Below are positions 12,246-25,032 of a stretch of 64,000 bases of DNA, in pieces. The position numbers and the translations under genes are program-made. The stretch spans positions 78,494,001 through 78,558,000 of the forward strand of contig CM052817.1 of assembly GCA_028534125.1 (NCBI GenBank). The letters are read 5' to 3'. The notes under the pieces were generated by a model, which ran no database searches, was not told where the DNA came from, and saw nothing but the letters and a program-made list of their open reading frames with translations. Source of the DNA: Lama glama. Taxonomy: Eukaryota. Positions within the stretch are counted from its first letter, which is position 1, and each line of letters opens with the position of its first letter.

Positions 12246-12703
12246 TGTGAAAAGACAATTTTCCATGGGTCTCTGTGCTTGCTTTCGCATATTTGGGTGG
12301 CAGAAGAACTGAATTCCTTTGTTCCAAATTACCTTTTCAAGGATGTTGGTGTAGTGAACAGCCTTGAAGGATACAGCTTCTGGAGCAAAGAGCAGGCGTG
12401 ATTATTACTCATTACAAAATCTGGGTTCCCCAAGCGCAGGGCTGCTGTCTTGTACTAAACCCCACTATAAAGGTTGGTGCCATCGGGCCCTCTTTGCATC
12501 ATCCTGTGAGAACCGGGGGTCAGGCAGCTGGTGGGAGAAAATGCTGCTGCTGTGGATCCGTGGCCTTTGCTATTGCTCTGAGTCGTACAGTCCTCTGTTG
12601 CTGACCCCGGAGTCTCCGGCCATCCAGCACTGTGAAACTGCGGCAGGCTAACTTGCTCACTTTCAGGGAGCGGAGAATCTCCAGCCCTTCACAGTCCGTG
12701 ACA
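12246..12703 (+). mobile_element. Solo LTR (probably ERVL class)
   Basis: Begins TGTGA and ends TGACA, about 460 bp, flanked by a near 5-bp TSD ataag/ctaag. The 3' end ggctaacttg...cccttcacagtccgtgaca is typical of old LTRs. Confidence 0.65.
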
Positions 12704-12968
12704 CTAAGCTTTTACTTCTTAAGTCATTTTCCTGGCTTATCTACTTTACTGACACAGGTTGACACATTTGTTTAGGTTATCACCAGGAGGGGGCAGACTC
12801 AATTTTATCTTTTCTTTCTTTACTAAAAAAAAAAAATCATATTTCCACAGCCAAAATTCCATCAGTCATACTTTCTGTTTCTGAAAATTTTTAACCATTT
12901 GAAATGCCACATCAGTTATGAGCAAAACAGATACTTTTCACAGAAATGTTTAAAATTAGTATGATCCC

Positions 12969-13138
12969 TTTTTTCTTTTCTTCTTTTCTGTTTCTTGCTT
13001 CTGTATGAGAAGAAGGTGGATGTTAACTGAAACTACTGTGGTAATCATTTCACACTATATGTAAATTAAACCATAATGCTGTATACCTTACACTTATACA
13101 GAGACATAGGTCAATTATTTTTCAGTAAAACTGGAAAA
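12969..13138 (+). mobile_element. Short L1 3' end with TSD
   Basis: gatgttaact...gtggtaatcatttcac...aaaactggaaaaaa, similar to the L1 tail at 59325-59447. TSD aaaa(t/c)ta(g/a)tatgatccc at 12952-12968 and 13139-13155. Confidence 0.8.
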
Positions 13139-16100
13139 AAAACTAATATGATCCCCAGACACAGGACTTTGTATTCTGTAGGATTATAGTCCTCAAAATG
13201 TTATCTAATAACATTCATCTATCACTGGGGAAAAATATGCTCAGTTGTTAAGGAAAGTTAATAATTTGTCAATCTGATCAGGTTACAGGCAGAATTGTTT
13301 TTAACAAAATGTATTTAAAAGAAGCACTGAATATAGCTCATCAAAAAACTATTATGCAGATACATTGTGCATAATTTTACTGTTTATAGTCACTGATTCA
13401 AATTTACAGCTTTACTTAGACATTATTTAAAGGATGAACTTTAATAGATTTTTTCCTTACCAAAAAAAATGTTCTCTTTCAGACATTCAACTTAGGAATT
13501 AGTCACTTTAAATAAACAACTGGAAATACATTCTTCTAAAGAATAATCCTTAGGTAAGCCACTCTGTAAGAACAGAGTTTTCTTCTAAGATTACAAAAGT
13601 GCCCTCTAATGGCTTAACTTTTCCTCTCATTTCTTTCTGTTACTTTTAGGTATTTAGAGCTTATCTAGATTTAAAGTTTAAATTAAATATCATTTCTCAG
13701 AATTTTTCTTTCAGCATTATTACTTCTGTTGTGGGCGCCTGGTGGATAATCTAGGAAATGAGCCTGCACAGCAAGAAATCTTGCTATCTTTCTACAGTTG
13801 AGGGTCTAGTTCCAACAGGACTAGCAAGTTGCTAGGATGATTCCAAATATTTTTATTTTGCTAGGCAGATCAATCAACTTAGTTGCATAATGATTCATAG
13901 CCCAGAAAAACTAGGCAATCTTATCCTGTTACTGAGGAAATTGACTTCGACTGTTTCAGTGGAAAAGTTCCGATGAACCGTATACATAGATGCTAATCTA
14001 AAACTCCGAGGTTGTTCATATTGTCAGGGGCCTTCTTCCTATTGGCATTTTCCATATCCTATGAAGACTGAAATGAGAAAAGAAAAATGACCTAATGATT
14101 TGATATGCCTCATTCTTTAATCTAGATTATTAGTCATCTCGATGATTGGAGACGTGCCATAGTTGTTTTCCTTTGGAATGCCAATGTGTCCTAGATTAAA
14201 AAGAGAAATTGTCTTTGCAATATAATTGCCCAATGAGATTAGTGATAGATTCTATACTTAGAAAGGTAGAAAGAGGTTTGGGCACTGAAAAGTCAATAAC
14301 TTTAAATATTATTAGTTTATATGATACATACACACACACAGATTTAAGGTCAAACTACTTAGAAACATTATATGACTCCAATTAATTGATGTTAGAGTAA
14401 AGGTAAATGAGCAGTGGTTTTAAGAGAAGAACCTTTTACATAAACAATTTTATTTTTCTATTTGCTGTCCCCTCTCTGACGAGTGGGTGAACATTATTGC
14501 TCTAGGTTTTGAATCTTTTAGGCCTGTGATGACTGGGGCTGCTTCTCCCCCTGGCCTCCTTCACCTTCCCTGCTGGGCTGTCTGCTGCCCTACCCAACAC
14601 AGGGAAAGTGGAGGTGTGTGGATGGCAGGGGATGAACTGGGGGCCAGTTTTAAAGAAAATGCCGCCAAAGAGATAGGAAGCCTTTGTATTGTACCACAAG
14701 GGGTAGGGAGTAGAGCAGGCGATGGATAACTGAAAACATACAAGTAATTCTAAGACTTTATTTTCAGCATGAACTTGAACTTTTTACTCTCTGGGTCCTT
14801 TATTTAGTATAGTCAAAATAGTCAAACTGACCTGGCATATCCTTTTCCCACAAACCCATGGAAATGCTTGAGAACTGTAAAATAGTCAAATGGTAAGCAA
14901 GGAAAAAAATTAAAAGGAGCTTGAGTAATTTACCAGTGTATCAACTAAATACCCACGACGACCTCCATCACCTAAATATGCAATAGGCCTAAAAGCAGAT
15001 AAAACTTTCCCCAGAGAGTCAGCAGTAGCTCCACTGCTGTCATTTTTGCAAAATTTATCTTCAGTTACATAGTCAACTTACCATCTGGGTTTATCCACTG
15101 TTTGTTCACTTAGTGAAAACAAAAATTTATTATTTGAAATTATGTCAGCAGTGATAATAAGCCAATAAATCTGGTGACTTTTCCTACTTCTTTGAAATAT
15201 GTGTTAAATGAATTTAACCACAAATCCGAATTGAGAAACTTGCCTTATCAGAGTAGGGAAAGATTTCAAACCACGGAAAAGCTTGCCTTTAATATTTAGA
15301 GCCTGCTGTTCAGTTATATCATCTCGCTCATCTAAGAAATTTGCAAAGCTGGTAAATAAAAAGTTCTTTCAGGGTTCACGAAACTGTCCAAGGCTCTCTC
15401 AGTAGAAGATGTCATATAATATAAAGCATGTGACCTTTCTCAGTGCTGTAGATTCCTCAAAACAGCAGCCAGCAGCTCTTCCTACCTGTGAGTAATCCGA
15501 TCAAAGCAAATTCCTCCATCCTTTAACCATCAACCACCAAGGTCCTGCACTTCCCTTGCAAACACGCCAGCACGTTTGTAAAAAATGTCATCAAGCTCTT
15601 ACAGACATTACACGGTATAAAAAACATAATAAGAGCAAATTCATCCATATAAATGCAATTAGAAAGCAAACTCACAGTGTCATTAAGATTCATGTAAAAA
15701 CTATCCAAGGGGCCCAATGTTGAGGAGGCCATAAACATGAAATAAAGTTACAATGACCAACAAAACCCAAAACAAAACAAAACACAATTGGCCTTCTGAA
15801 TTTACTTGTGGCGAATGCATCTGGAATAAATAAAATCTAACGTTTAATTACAGAGGGTGGAAAGTGCCTGATTATAATTTAGTGAGGGTAATTTCAAGGA
15901 ATGGCCTGCCGCAGAGATTTCTGTTATTTTCTCTTCCTTTTTAAGTGCAAATATTTAGTCTTTTAACTTCTATTTTTAAACACGAGGGTATTTGTTTTGG
16001 TTTGAATCATCCATGCCACATCTGATAATAAATCTGAAGCATCTGATCTAGTGGTAAGGAAAAAAAAATGTAGCCTTGGTGGGGGGAATGGCCTGCTTGT

Positions 16101-18979
16101 CTGCCAGGACCTGCTCTCCGAGCAAGGAAGTGGGGGTGGTGGTGGAGGGGTCCATCTGTGCACTTTGACAGTAGAACACCCAGCCTGGACTTCCAGATTC
16201 CCCTAGGGCAGAAAAATATGAAAAAAGCTGAATTCCCAGAAGCTATTTCGTTCTGCTGTCTTTTGCAAACAATGAAAATGGTAACTGAAATTAGTCGGTC
16301 GTTCTTATAAATAACAGAAATAGCCTCTGCTCTGGTTGGAAATTTGAGGGAAATAGAGCGTATTGTGGTTTGGTATGTTTCCCTATTTGAAAAGGGTGAA
16401 ATGAAGCAGGTGGAAGTCGAGGGCTCTTGGTCTGCGCTGAGGAGATGTCTCCTGACCACGCTAGGTGAGCTCTGTTCCCTAAGAACGTAGAATGAGGCTG
16501 CAATATTTCCAACTCCTACAGCACAGCAGAGCAGAGCCAGCATTGGGCACAGAATCCACAGGCTAATGCCCTCTCCATGCAGGCTGGCATTGCAGAGTGG
16601 AAAGATTATTAAAGTTTTTAGAGTTCATTATGTCAATAATCTATGGATTAGGGAGCTTCATAGGCATTTTAACTGCAATGACTCCAACCTCCTCGGCTAC
16701 TTCTCTCAGTGATTGCCAACTCTCATTCTGGAAGGAAATTAAATTAGTATGAAGAAGCAATGCAAAATTAAAACATGCCAAAGATCTGAATGAAGTTTCC
16801 ATTCTGTCATCCTCTCCCCTCTGAGCCTCATGGAGTGCAGTTCATAGCAAGGCCAAGGCCAGGGCACTCTAATTTTAAAAGTTGGCCAAGCCTACATAAT
16901 ACCAACAGCTTGCAAGAGGATCAGGTTTTAAAGTAAGTAACCCTGTATTTCTACCATCATTAGTGTCAAAAAAAAAAAAAAAAAAGAATCATGAACAACA
17001 GAAATGGCCAAACTAAATGTCCTATGGATAGGAGTAGTCTTTGATTCAGGAAGCCAGACTCATCTTACTACAGGAAGGAGTAGGTCCCCTAAAATGCATC
17101 TGATAAGTGATTTTCAGATATGATAAACTCAAAAGCAATCTAGAAGATAATGCAAAGTAAACCTGGAACGAAATACTGAATATCTTCCTCCCATTGGAAT
17201 TTTCTCCATAGGTGGAACAGAGATAGCTTATAATAATTTAATAATTTCCACTATCCTAGGAGAAGCTAATGTTTCCTGGAATAACGAAAGCCCCCAAGGG
17301 AGGAATAATATACTTGGTCGCTTTTCTTACTTTAGTTTGGAGACTAAGACTTATTTCCTGTTGATCTGCAACAAAATGGAGATGACTTCCTGTGCAACGT
17401 TCCCCAAAGCAGTTAACATGCTAAGATGGAGCAGGGCAGCAGCATCGAGCAGCGCCACACATCAGCCTCAAACGTGAGGCGTGAACTGCCTAGGTCAGCA
17501 AACACCGAGTCCCTGCTGTGCACACGTGCTACAAATAGACTGAAAGTACGATACTGAACTGAACACGCACCCATACTGTCCGGCCGGTCACCATCGAGTT
17601 GAGCAGACGTTAATCATGCATAAAAGTATCTTCCAATGTAAGATACCACATACTAAGAGGAAAAGGGTGGGTCAGATAACAAATGCGTAACAGCATTGGG
17701 GTGAAGAACCACCAAGAGCTGATGGATTCAGAGAGGAAGTAGGTTGAGGGGACAAGAAAGAACTAGATTTGGGGAAGGGAGATGGAGGGGAGGCACTCAA
17801 ATAGAGCTGCCTCAGTAAGAGTTAAACAAATGTAAGTTGAGCACCGTCTATGTGCTGGACACTGAATGATGGGCCAGTAATACATCACATCCTCTCTTCT
17901 GGAGGAATTTGTGGTCTAGTAAGAAGTGAGGAGGAAGATGTTCTTATACAGAGGTAAAGAGAGAGCAGCAGAGAACTAACTGTGAAGGTTCCAAAAATGC
18001 AAAATCTACCTTTATAAAAGACAGGAAAACTTAGCAAAAAAATAATTGTCTAATGGTTTACAATCTGTGTCTCTACTGAAATTCCTGGGAAGGGTTCTGA
18101 AGATGGTTCTTAAAATTGCACATCACTTGCCCAAGTTCACAGGGAAAGACTGCAGAGGCAAGGACGAGTATTTCTTCAAGACAGGCTACTTTTTCAAGGA
18201 TCACTATTCTCTTTTCCACATAAAATTTCCCTCCTGTTATCCCCAAGGTCAGGAAGCATGGCTCCGTGGAAAAAATCACAGACTGAGAGTCAAGACACTT
18301 CTGCTATTGGCAGAAGAACTACCCATGTAGGTGGCTTGTTGGCCCAGGTGTTCTCTAAGGTACCTGGGAGTTGTGAACATGAGTCTACGTTTCATTCATC
18401 CTATCTCTTACAGCATAAGGCAGAAACTAAGTTCCCTAAGAACATATGCAACTTGGGCTCCTCCGTGTCTAATTCTAAGACAAGAAAGAACAGGCTAAGG
18501 ACAGAAGTGGAGAAAAACCCATCTGCCTTTATGAAAACATGTCCATCCATTCTATATGTTGAATGGTTACTGTTGTGGGTTAGCCTTCAGAGGGGGCTTC
18601 CACAATCTTGGAAACAGCACAGAAGAATATTAATGTGAACCCAGTTCTACTTCCCTTGGAAACACTAGAGGTGAGCAGTTGTAGACTTGCTGGAGGCTGA
18701 GACTATAGTATATCAATATAGATTTGATATTTTTACAGTTGTGTTAGCCAGGGGGGGAAACTTTTCAATAAGCTACTCCATGGATTTCTTAGGATACCAA
18801 AAACTAAATATGGTCAAAAGAGCTAAAAATCCAGAGAGTAAGAATTTTCCAAGCACTGATCCCATATTCCACACTGAACGGGGTGATATGAGGGCTCAAA
18901 AGAAATATTCTAGGAATTTATAATCTACTTAGAAAGACGAAAGTGACACACCCAGACACCAGAGTCCTGTAATGTCTGT

Positions 18980-19930
18980 GTCACTCATTCACTTTTTTAC
19001 TTAACATTTGTGTAATGAGTCCTTGCTACGTGCCAGGCACTCTGCTGGGGACAGGGAAGATCTCTTGAATCTATGTTTTAGCTGGGGTGGCAGCGCATTC
19101 ACAGATACATAAATAAGAAAGGTCTGTTGGCTGGTATTCATTGCTATGCGGAGAATTAAAATAGACCTGTGTACCTGTGTGAAAGACGATGTGGTGACGG
19201 CCACTTTAGAGGGCATATTTAGAGAAGGAAACTTGGAGGAAATGACATTGACTCTGAGATATGAAGGAAAGGAAGCCAGTGAAACAAATGTCAGGGAAAA
19301 GAGCATTTCGGGCAGAGAGACAGCAAGTGCAAAGGCCCTAAGGTGACACTAGGCCTGGGGCACTGCCAAGCGGAAAAGAAATCAGTGTGGAACAGAGTAG
19401 GTGAGGGGGAGGGTGGAAGGCAAAGGGCAGATCACATACAGCTCTGCAACCGTCCTAAGGAGGTAGGATTCTACCCTGAGTGTGGTGGCAGGCCCTTTAA
19501 GCAGGCCAGAAGCGGGATCCTGTCCATGTTTCTTTTTTTTTAGGAATAACTCTGCCTATTGTGTAGAAAATGGATTTTAGGGCAAAGATCATTGTAAAAG
19601 CACAAACCAATCTCATCTCTATAAAAGTAAAAAGATCAGATGAAGGCAAGGCTGTTGCAGTTGTCCGTGGTAGACGTGCTGATGGTTCAACTTCTTGGAG
19701 GAGGTGGACAGTAATGGAGGGATTCGGGGTACATTTTAAAGGTGGGATCACCAGAAAACACAGGTGAGTTGTAAGTAGATAGTGAGGGAAAGAGAGGAAT
19801 CAAAAATAACACCTTGATTCTAGGAACACAGGTACAATAAAATGACAAAACATAAGGAATGAAGAGATGGAATAAATCAGAGAGAAAGGAGATTAGTCCA
19901 GCAGAATTCCCAGGTGACATCAAATAAGTT
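18980..19930. mobile_element. L2 LINE fragment
   Basis: cattcact...tacgtgccaggcactctgct...ggaggaaatgacatt...cagcaagtgcaaaggccct is L2 3'-region text. Confidence 0.6.
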
Positions 19931-20186
19931 TTGAATTGCTAGTCATCTGAGGTGCAGTTTTTAAAAGTGAATTCTGATATTGGATAAAGTATTCAAAAAG
20001 AGGAGGAAAGAGGAAGATGTTCTCTTCATGTTAGGAGACAAAGAAAGGAGCACAGGCCAAAGTGGGAAGTAGCAAGATGTGTGGGTTGAAAATACAAAAA
20101 TATTGATTTCAGTTGTCATGGTGGGAAATGGGCTCTGCTGGACGGAGGGAAGGTGGGTGAGATGTCATACTGGGGAAGGGTAGCGT

Positions 20187-20211
20187 ACACACACACACAC
20201 ACACACACACA
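20187..20211. repeat. (CA)n microsatellite
   Basis: About 12 CA units. Confidence 0.95.
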
Positions 20212-22451
20212 GTAGTTGCTTCTTTGAACTTCTGTTTCAAAAGAAAGGATGCAAAATATCTGAGGCCACCTCATTTGTCAAAAGTTCTAGTAAGGGGTTG
20301 TGTATGGTACATCAGCAAGAAACTAAGAGCGATAGATACAGAAGTTATGAAGAAAATTTGACAAGAAAACATTGCCAACTGGCATCTGTGACCAGACTTC
20401 TTCATAAGCTGTGTCCAAATGGACAGGCTTTAAATAAAACTTATGAACCTTCCGATGAACCCACATCTGCCAGATGTCGTGTAACGGATGCTACCAGGCC
20501 CTTTTCTGGCCAGCAGCACCCCCAACAGAGGAATCCTAAAACAGTGGGATAATCTGAGAACGAGGTGGACTACACAGACGTGGGCAAGGGACAGGCAGGC
20601 ACTGAGCTCACTGACAGGCAGGAAAAGGCAATCAACAAAGATGTGACCCCGGCAGGGTCATTAGGACAGAGACCAAGCTCTGAGGTATAATAGTGTAAAG
20701 AAGAAAAATTAGCTATCTTTTCAGATACTTTGTAAAACACCTGTCAGCTCATTACTGGTTTGGTGCATTCATGATAGCAAGGATGCAAGGAAAAGATGAA
20801 AGCAAAATACTGTGGCAGGAACAAAAGGCTCTAAAAGATGATCGGTCTGTACATTCATCCATCAGCAGCAACCCTGACTTTTTATGTACTTACCCTCTAT
20901 CTCGGGGCAGACATGCCACCTTCTCCAAGGAACTGTAACATCTGAGAGGCTTTTTGGGTTCTACTCATCACAGTAGGAAAGCCAGGTACTCCAATTATTC
21001 AAGTTCAAAAGGTATTCCTATTCTCATGACAAACCTGGTTTTAAAACTTGCTTTGGACGATTCTGCCTGCTATGTCTGCTGAACACAGGGGCTGCGTCTT
21101 CCGCAAGTTTTGATCAAAGAAATCCTAAAAGATTCTAGAGGTACTAACCGAGATTTTAACTGAGCTTCTAGTGATGTCATAAAAAGCAATACTCACCCAC
21201 AAGGCAGTGACAACAGAAAGTTATTTTAAGAGAGCAAGCAGGATGGAATTGCAGAGTTGATTGCTGATTCACTTATTGGGCCTTACTCTGTGCTGGGCAC
21301 TGCATGAGGTCTGGAAATACGGTCGTGAACAAGATGTGCGCGGGAAGTTCTCACGCTTGCAGAGCCTACACTTCAGCAGGTACGAGAGATGAACAAGTCA
21401 AGGAGTAGGCGTAAGGACTGCAGAGAGCAGCAGCACTATGATGAAAATGAAACAGGCGAAGCGTCTGGAGGGGAGCCCCAGAGAGGCGGTATCTAGGGGG
21501 ACGGAGCCCTTGTAGGCTGAGTGGTCAGGGAGGACCTCTCTGAGGAAGTGACGTTTTAGCAGGGACTTAAAAGCAGAAGATGACAGAACGTTGGAGCTAG
21601 AGGAGGCCTTTGACAGATGAGGAGACTGAGGAAGACAGACAGGGAGGACCTAGTTCGCCTCCTGGGCTTCACATCTGGGAACCTGCCTCACCGGTGCATT
21701 AGCTGCAGCCCTCAGCCACCAAGACGAACACTCTAGAAAGCCTTGGGGACCAGAAAACAGGTACTGACTCACTAAACCCAGTGACAGCCTCATCAGGTGA
21801 GGAAGGACTGGCCAATGTCAAACCCAGGGGAGGCTAGAAAGGGTGGTAACAGCAGATGTTTTAAGGTCCATTATCAGATGAAAGAGGGATTAGAAGCGCT
21901 CTGGCTGGCCCAGCGAGTCCCAGGGGCTGGCACAGCATTATGGGGAAAAAGATCCTGGGACTCAGTAAAATTAGACTTATCTGATAAGCCCTTAAACTGA
22001 ACAGAGCAGTTTAAAAAGCAGGAGGTGTTCTGACAGAGTAAGGACGCTGCCTGACTTTCCCCAGGGAGAGTCTTAATAGGATTGCAGCAGTGTGGTGTTT
22101 ACTTAGACGGTCTGTTATCTGAGCTCTCTGTGCACTGTCAGTAAGGGAGCTAGTGTTTATTAAGTGCCTATTGCAAGTTCCCTGGGGACCTCAGAGGAGA
22201 ATGAGGCAGAATCATCGTCCTCTGGTGAAACCAGAGACTGATTCTTCTGTACACTCTTATCTCACTTGAATTATAGCTATTTTTATATTTTTTCTTGTCC
22301 CAAAAAAAGCTCTTCAAGAGGCTTGCATAACATGAGTTTACTCAAGTAAGTGTCCCTTAGACAAAAATTACTTTTTACTCATCCCCTCCATAGACTTTTT
22401 AAAGTCCTTGTACAAAGTAGGCACTAAATAAAAATTTGCTTAATTATACCA

Positions 22452-23225
22452 TTACTGTTGGTGGAATGTAGTTTGGTGCAGCCATTATGGAAAACAGTGT
22501 GGAAATTCCTTTAAAAACTAAACATAGACTTACCATATGATCCAGCAATCCCACTTCTGGGCATATATCCAGAGGGAACTCTAATTTGAAAAGAGGCATG
22601 CACCCCAATGTTCACAGCAGCACTATTTACAATAGCCAAGACATGGAAACAGCTTAACTGTCCACTGACAGATGACTGGATAAAGAAGCTGTGGTATATT
22701 TATACAATGGGGTACTACTCAGCCATAAAAACGAATAAAATAATGCCAATTGCAGCAACATGGATGGACCTGGAGATTGTCATACTAAGTGAAGTAAGCC
22801 AGAAGGAGAAATGATATCATTTCTATGTGGAATCTAAAAAAATGAGAAAAGTGAACTTATTTACAAAGCAGAAACAGACTCACAGACATAGAAAACAAAT
22901 GGTGACAGAGGGGAAAGGTAGGGTGGAGGGATAAATTGGGAATTTGAGATTTGCAGATACTGACTGCTATATATAAGACAGATAAACAGCAGAGTCCTAC
23001 TGTATAGCACAGGGAACTATATTCAATACCTTGCAATAGCCTATAATGGAAAAGAATATGAAAAGGAATATATATGTATTTATATTTTACATATATACAA
23101 AAAGTTTATATATATATATATATAAAACTGAATCGCTATGCTGTCCACCAGAAATTAACACAGCATTGTAAACTGACTATACTGTAGTAAATACAACTAT
23201 ATAAAAAAACAAACAAACAAAAAGG
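22452..23225 (+). mobile_element. 5'-truncated L1 (ORF2 C-terminus plus 3' UTR)
   Basis: ORF 22608..22814 MFTAALFTIAKTWKQ...WIKKLWYIYTMGYYSAIK matches the L1 ORF2p C-terminus. A-rich tail present. Confidence 0.93.
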
Positions 23226-23588
23226 AAGCTTATAGCAGAGAGTAAAGTAATCTGAAATGTTGCCCTTCAGAAAAAAAGTCCCTCAACATTCTGGACTATG
23301 CAAGGAAGTTGGAGGTGGCTGTTGGCTAAAGCCCCCAGGCTGACTTCTAGCTGCAAACCCATTTTCCTTCCTTTCCCAGACATCTAACCCTCAGTGGTGT
23401 GGAGCAGCCTCACCAAGCCAGACTCAGGAGCCAGGCTGGAATCTGAACCTGGGCCCTGTTCCTTCCTCTGTCAGAAAACCTCAGTATCATTGTGACTAAG
23501 TTAGCGGAATCACTCCAAGTCTTGCTTTCCATGTTTGTTACCTGAAGTGGAACAGTAGCTCCTGGTTAGGTTGATGAAGGGCTATCTT

Positions 23589-23736
23589 TACTACATTTTG
23601 TTTGTTTGTTTTTGGTAGGGGGTTTGTAATTAGGCTTATTAATGTATTTATTTTTAATAGTGGTGCTGGAGACTGAACCCAGGACCTTGTGCATGCCAGG
23701 TATGCACTCTACCATTGAGCTACACCCTCCCCCAAC
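23589..23736 (-). mobile_element. tRNA-derived SINE (vic-1-like)
   Basis: Minus strand GTGTAGCTCAATGGTAGAGTGCATACC...GTCCTGGGTTCAGTCTCC with an A-rich tail. TSD tgaagggcta(t/c)ctt at 23575-23588 and 23737-23750. Confidence 0.85.
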
Positions 23737-24868
23737 TGAAGGGCTACCTTGAAATCTGTGCACGGTAGGATCACCTCAGCAGCGCAATCCTGTCAGCTGC
23801 TAAACAAGGAACCTCAGTATCATGTGATTTTCCCAGCCCCATGTCCTGATATCCATCAAAAATTGCCAATGTACCTGCTGCAGACTCTCTCAAAGTTGTT
23901 CCCTCTTCTCTGTCCAAACAGCCAACGCCTCCAATTGTCCATTTACTGCATCTCCCCTAAGTGCTCTCACACCCACTTCCCACATCTCTCCTCAGTCGCT
24001 CTACACATACTGCATTGTTCCCTTTATAAACAAAATCTGTTTCACTCTTCTTTTAAAAAAAACACAAAAGCTTAGATGCTTCCCACGAAGTAGAGAATGA
24101 AAACCACGCATGCGGGGTCCTTGACATCACTACTCCCTCTACAAACTCTCTTCCTACAACTCCCCCACACTCTGCTCACATTCCCAGCACCTGCTTCTGC
24201 CTCCTTTGCAGGGACACCATGGGGGTGTCTCTGGGGGCAAACTCCCACTCCTTCAAGATTCCACCATCTACAACCACAGAGAAATTCAGTTGTGCACTTT
24301 CTATGCTCCTATTTCTCTTGCAAACCATTTTGAATTCTGTTTGTATGTATCCTTGACACTCCCAGGGTGGAAAGGATGTGTGCTCTCTCTACAACAGAGA
24401 CGATGCTGATCACAGAACCCAACACCAAGCACGTGCTCATAACATTTCCCGGGTAGGTAATGAACAAATGGAAATGAAAACAACACTGGCTGGTGTTGCT
24501 GATTTATGGAATTTGTTTCACAAGAGATAATATAAGCTAAATAGGAAATATGTTGTAAGCTTTTGACCATTTTATGAGCACTAAACTTAGGTTATTGTGT
24601 GACACTTAAAATGTTGGGAAGAGTGTCTTTAAGCTTTTGAGGTGGACATCATGGACACCTGTGGGCACAGCTGCCATAGACAGATGGCGTGTGCCAGGCG
24701 GTGCAGGGGCTGAGCATAAGGATGCATTTCTTCTGTCCTTCAGAACACAAGAATGTTCTAGTAGAATAACATGGTTCATTACTCAGGAGGGCCTCCTTCC
24801 TCTGTAAACACATAAAAATATGTTTGGATGGGATACGTTCTGATCAGAGAATAGGAATGATATAGACC

Positions 24869-25032
24869 AGTGCTTCTCAAACCTTAACATGCACACCGAT
24901 CACCCAGACTCTCTGGTAAAATGCAGATTCTGATTCAAAAGATCTGGGGTGGGCGCTGAGTCTCATCCTTTCTAACAAGCTCCCCGGAGATGGGGATGCT
25001 GGTAGTTCAAGGACTGCACTTGGGGTAGCTCT
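24869..25032. mobile_element. MER5-like DNA transposon relic
   Basis: cagtgcttctcaaac...aaaatgcagattctgattc...tttctaacaagctccc resembles the MER5 consensus. Confidence 0.75.

Noticed and set aside
14421..15050. Possible pseudo-copy of NDNF exon 2 beyond the second duplicated segment
   Set aside because: No similarity to 8957-9145 visible by eye at the expected offset.
16007..16543. 178-aa minus-strand ORF in intron 1
   Set aside because: No recognisable homology or coding-like composition; treated as a chance ORF.
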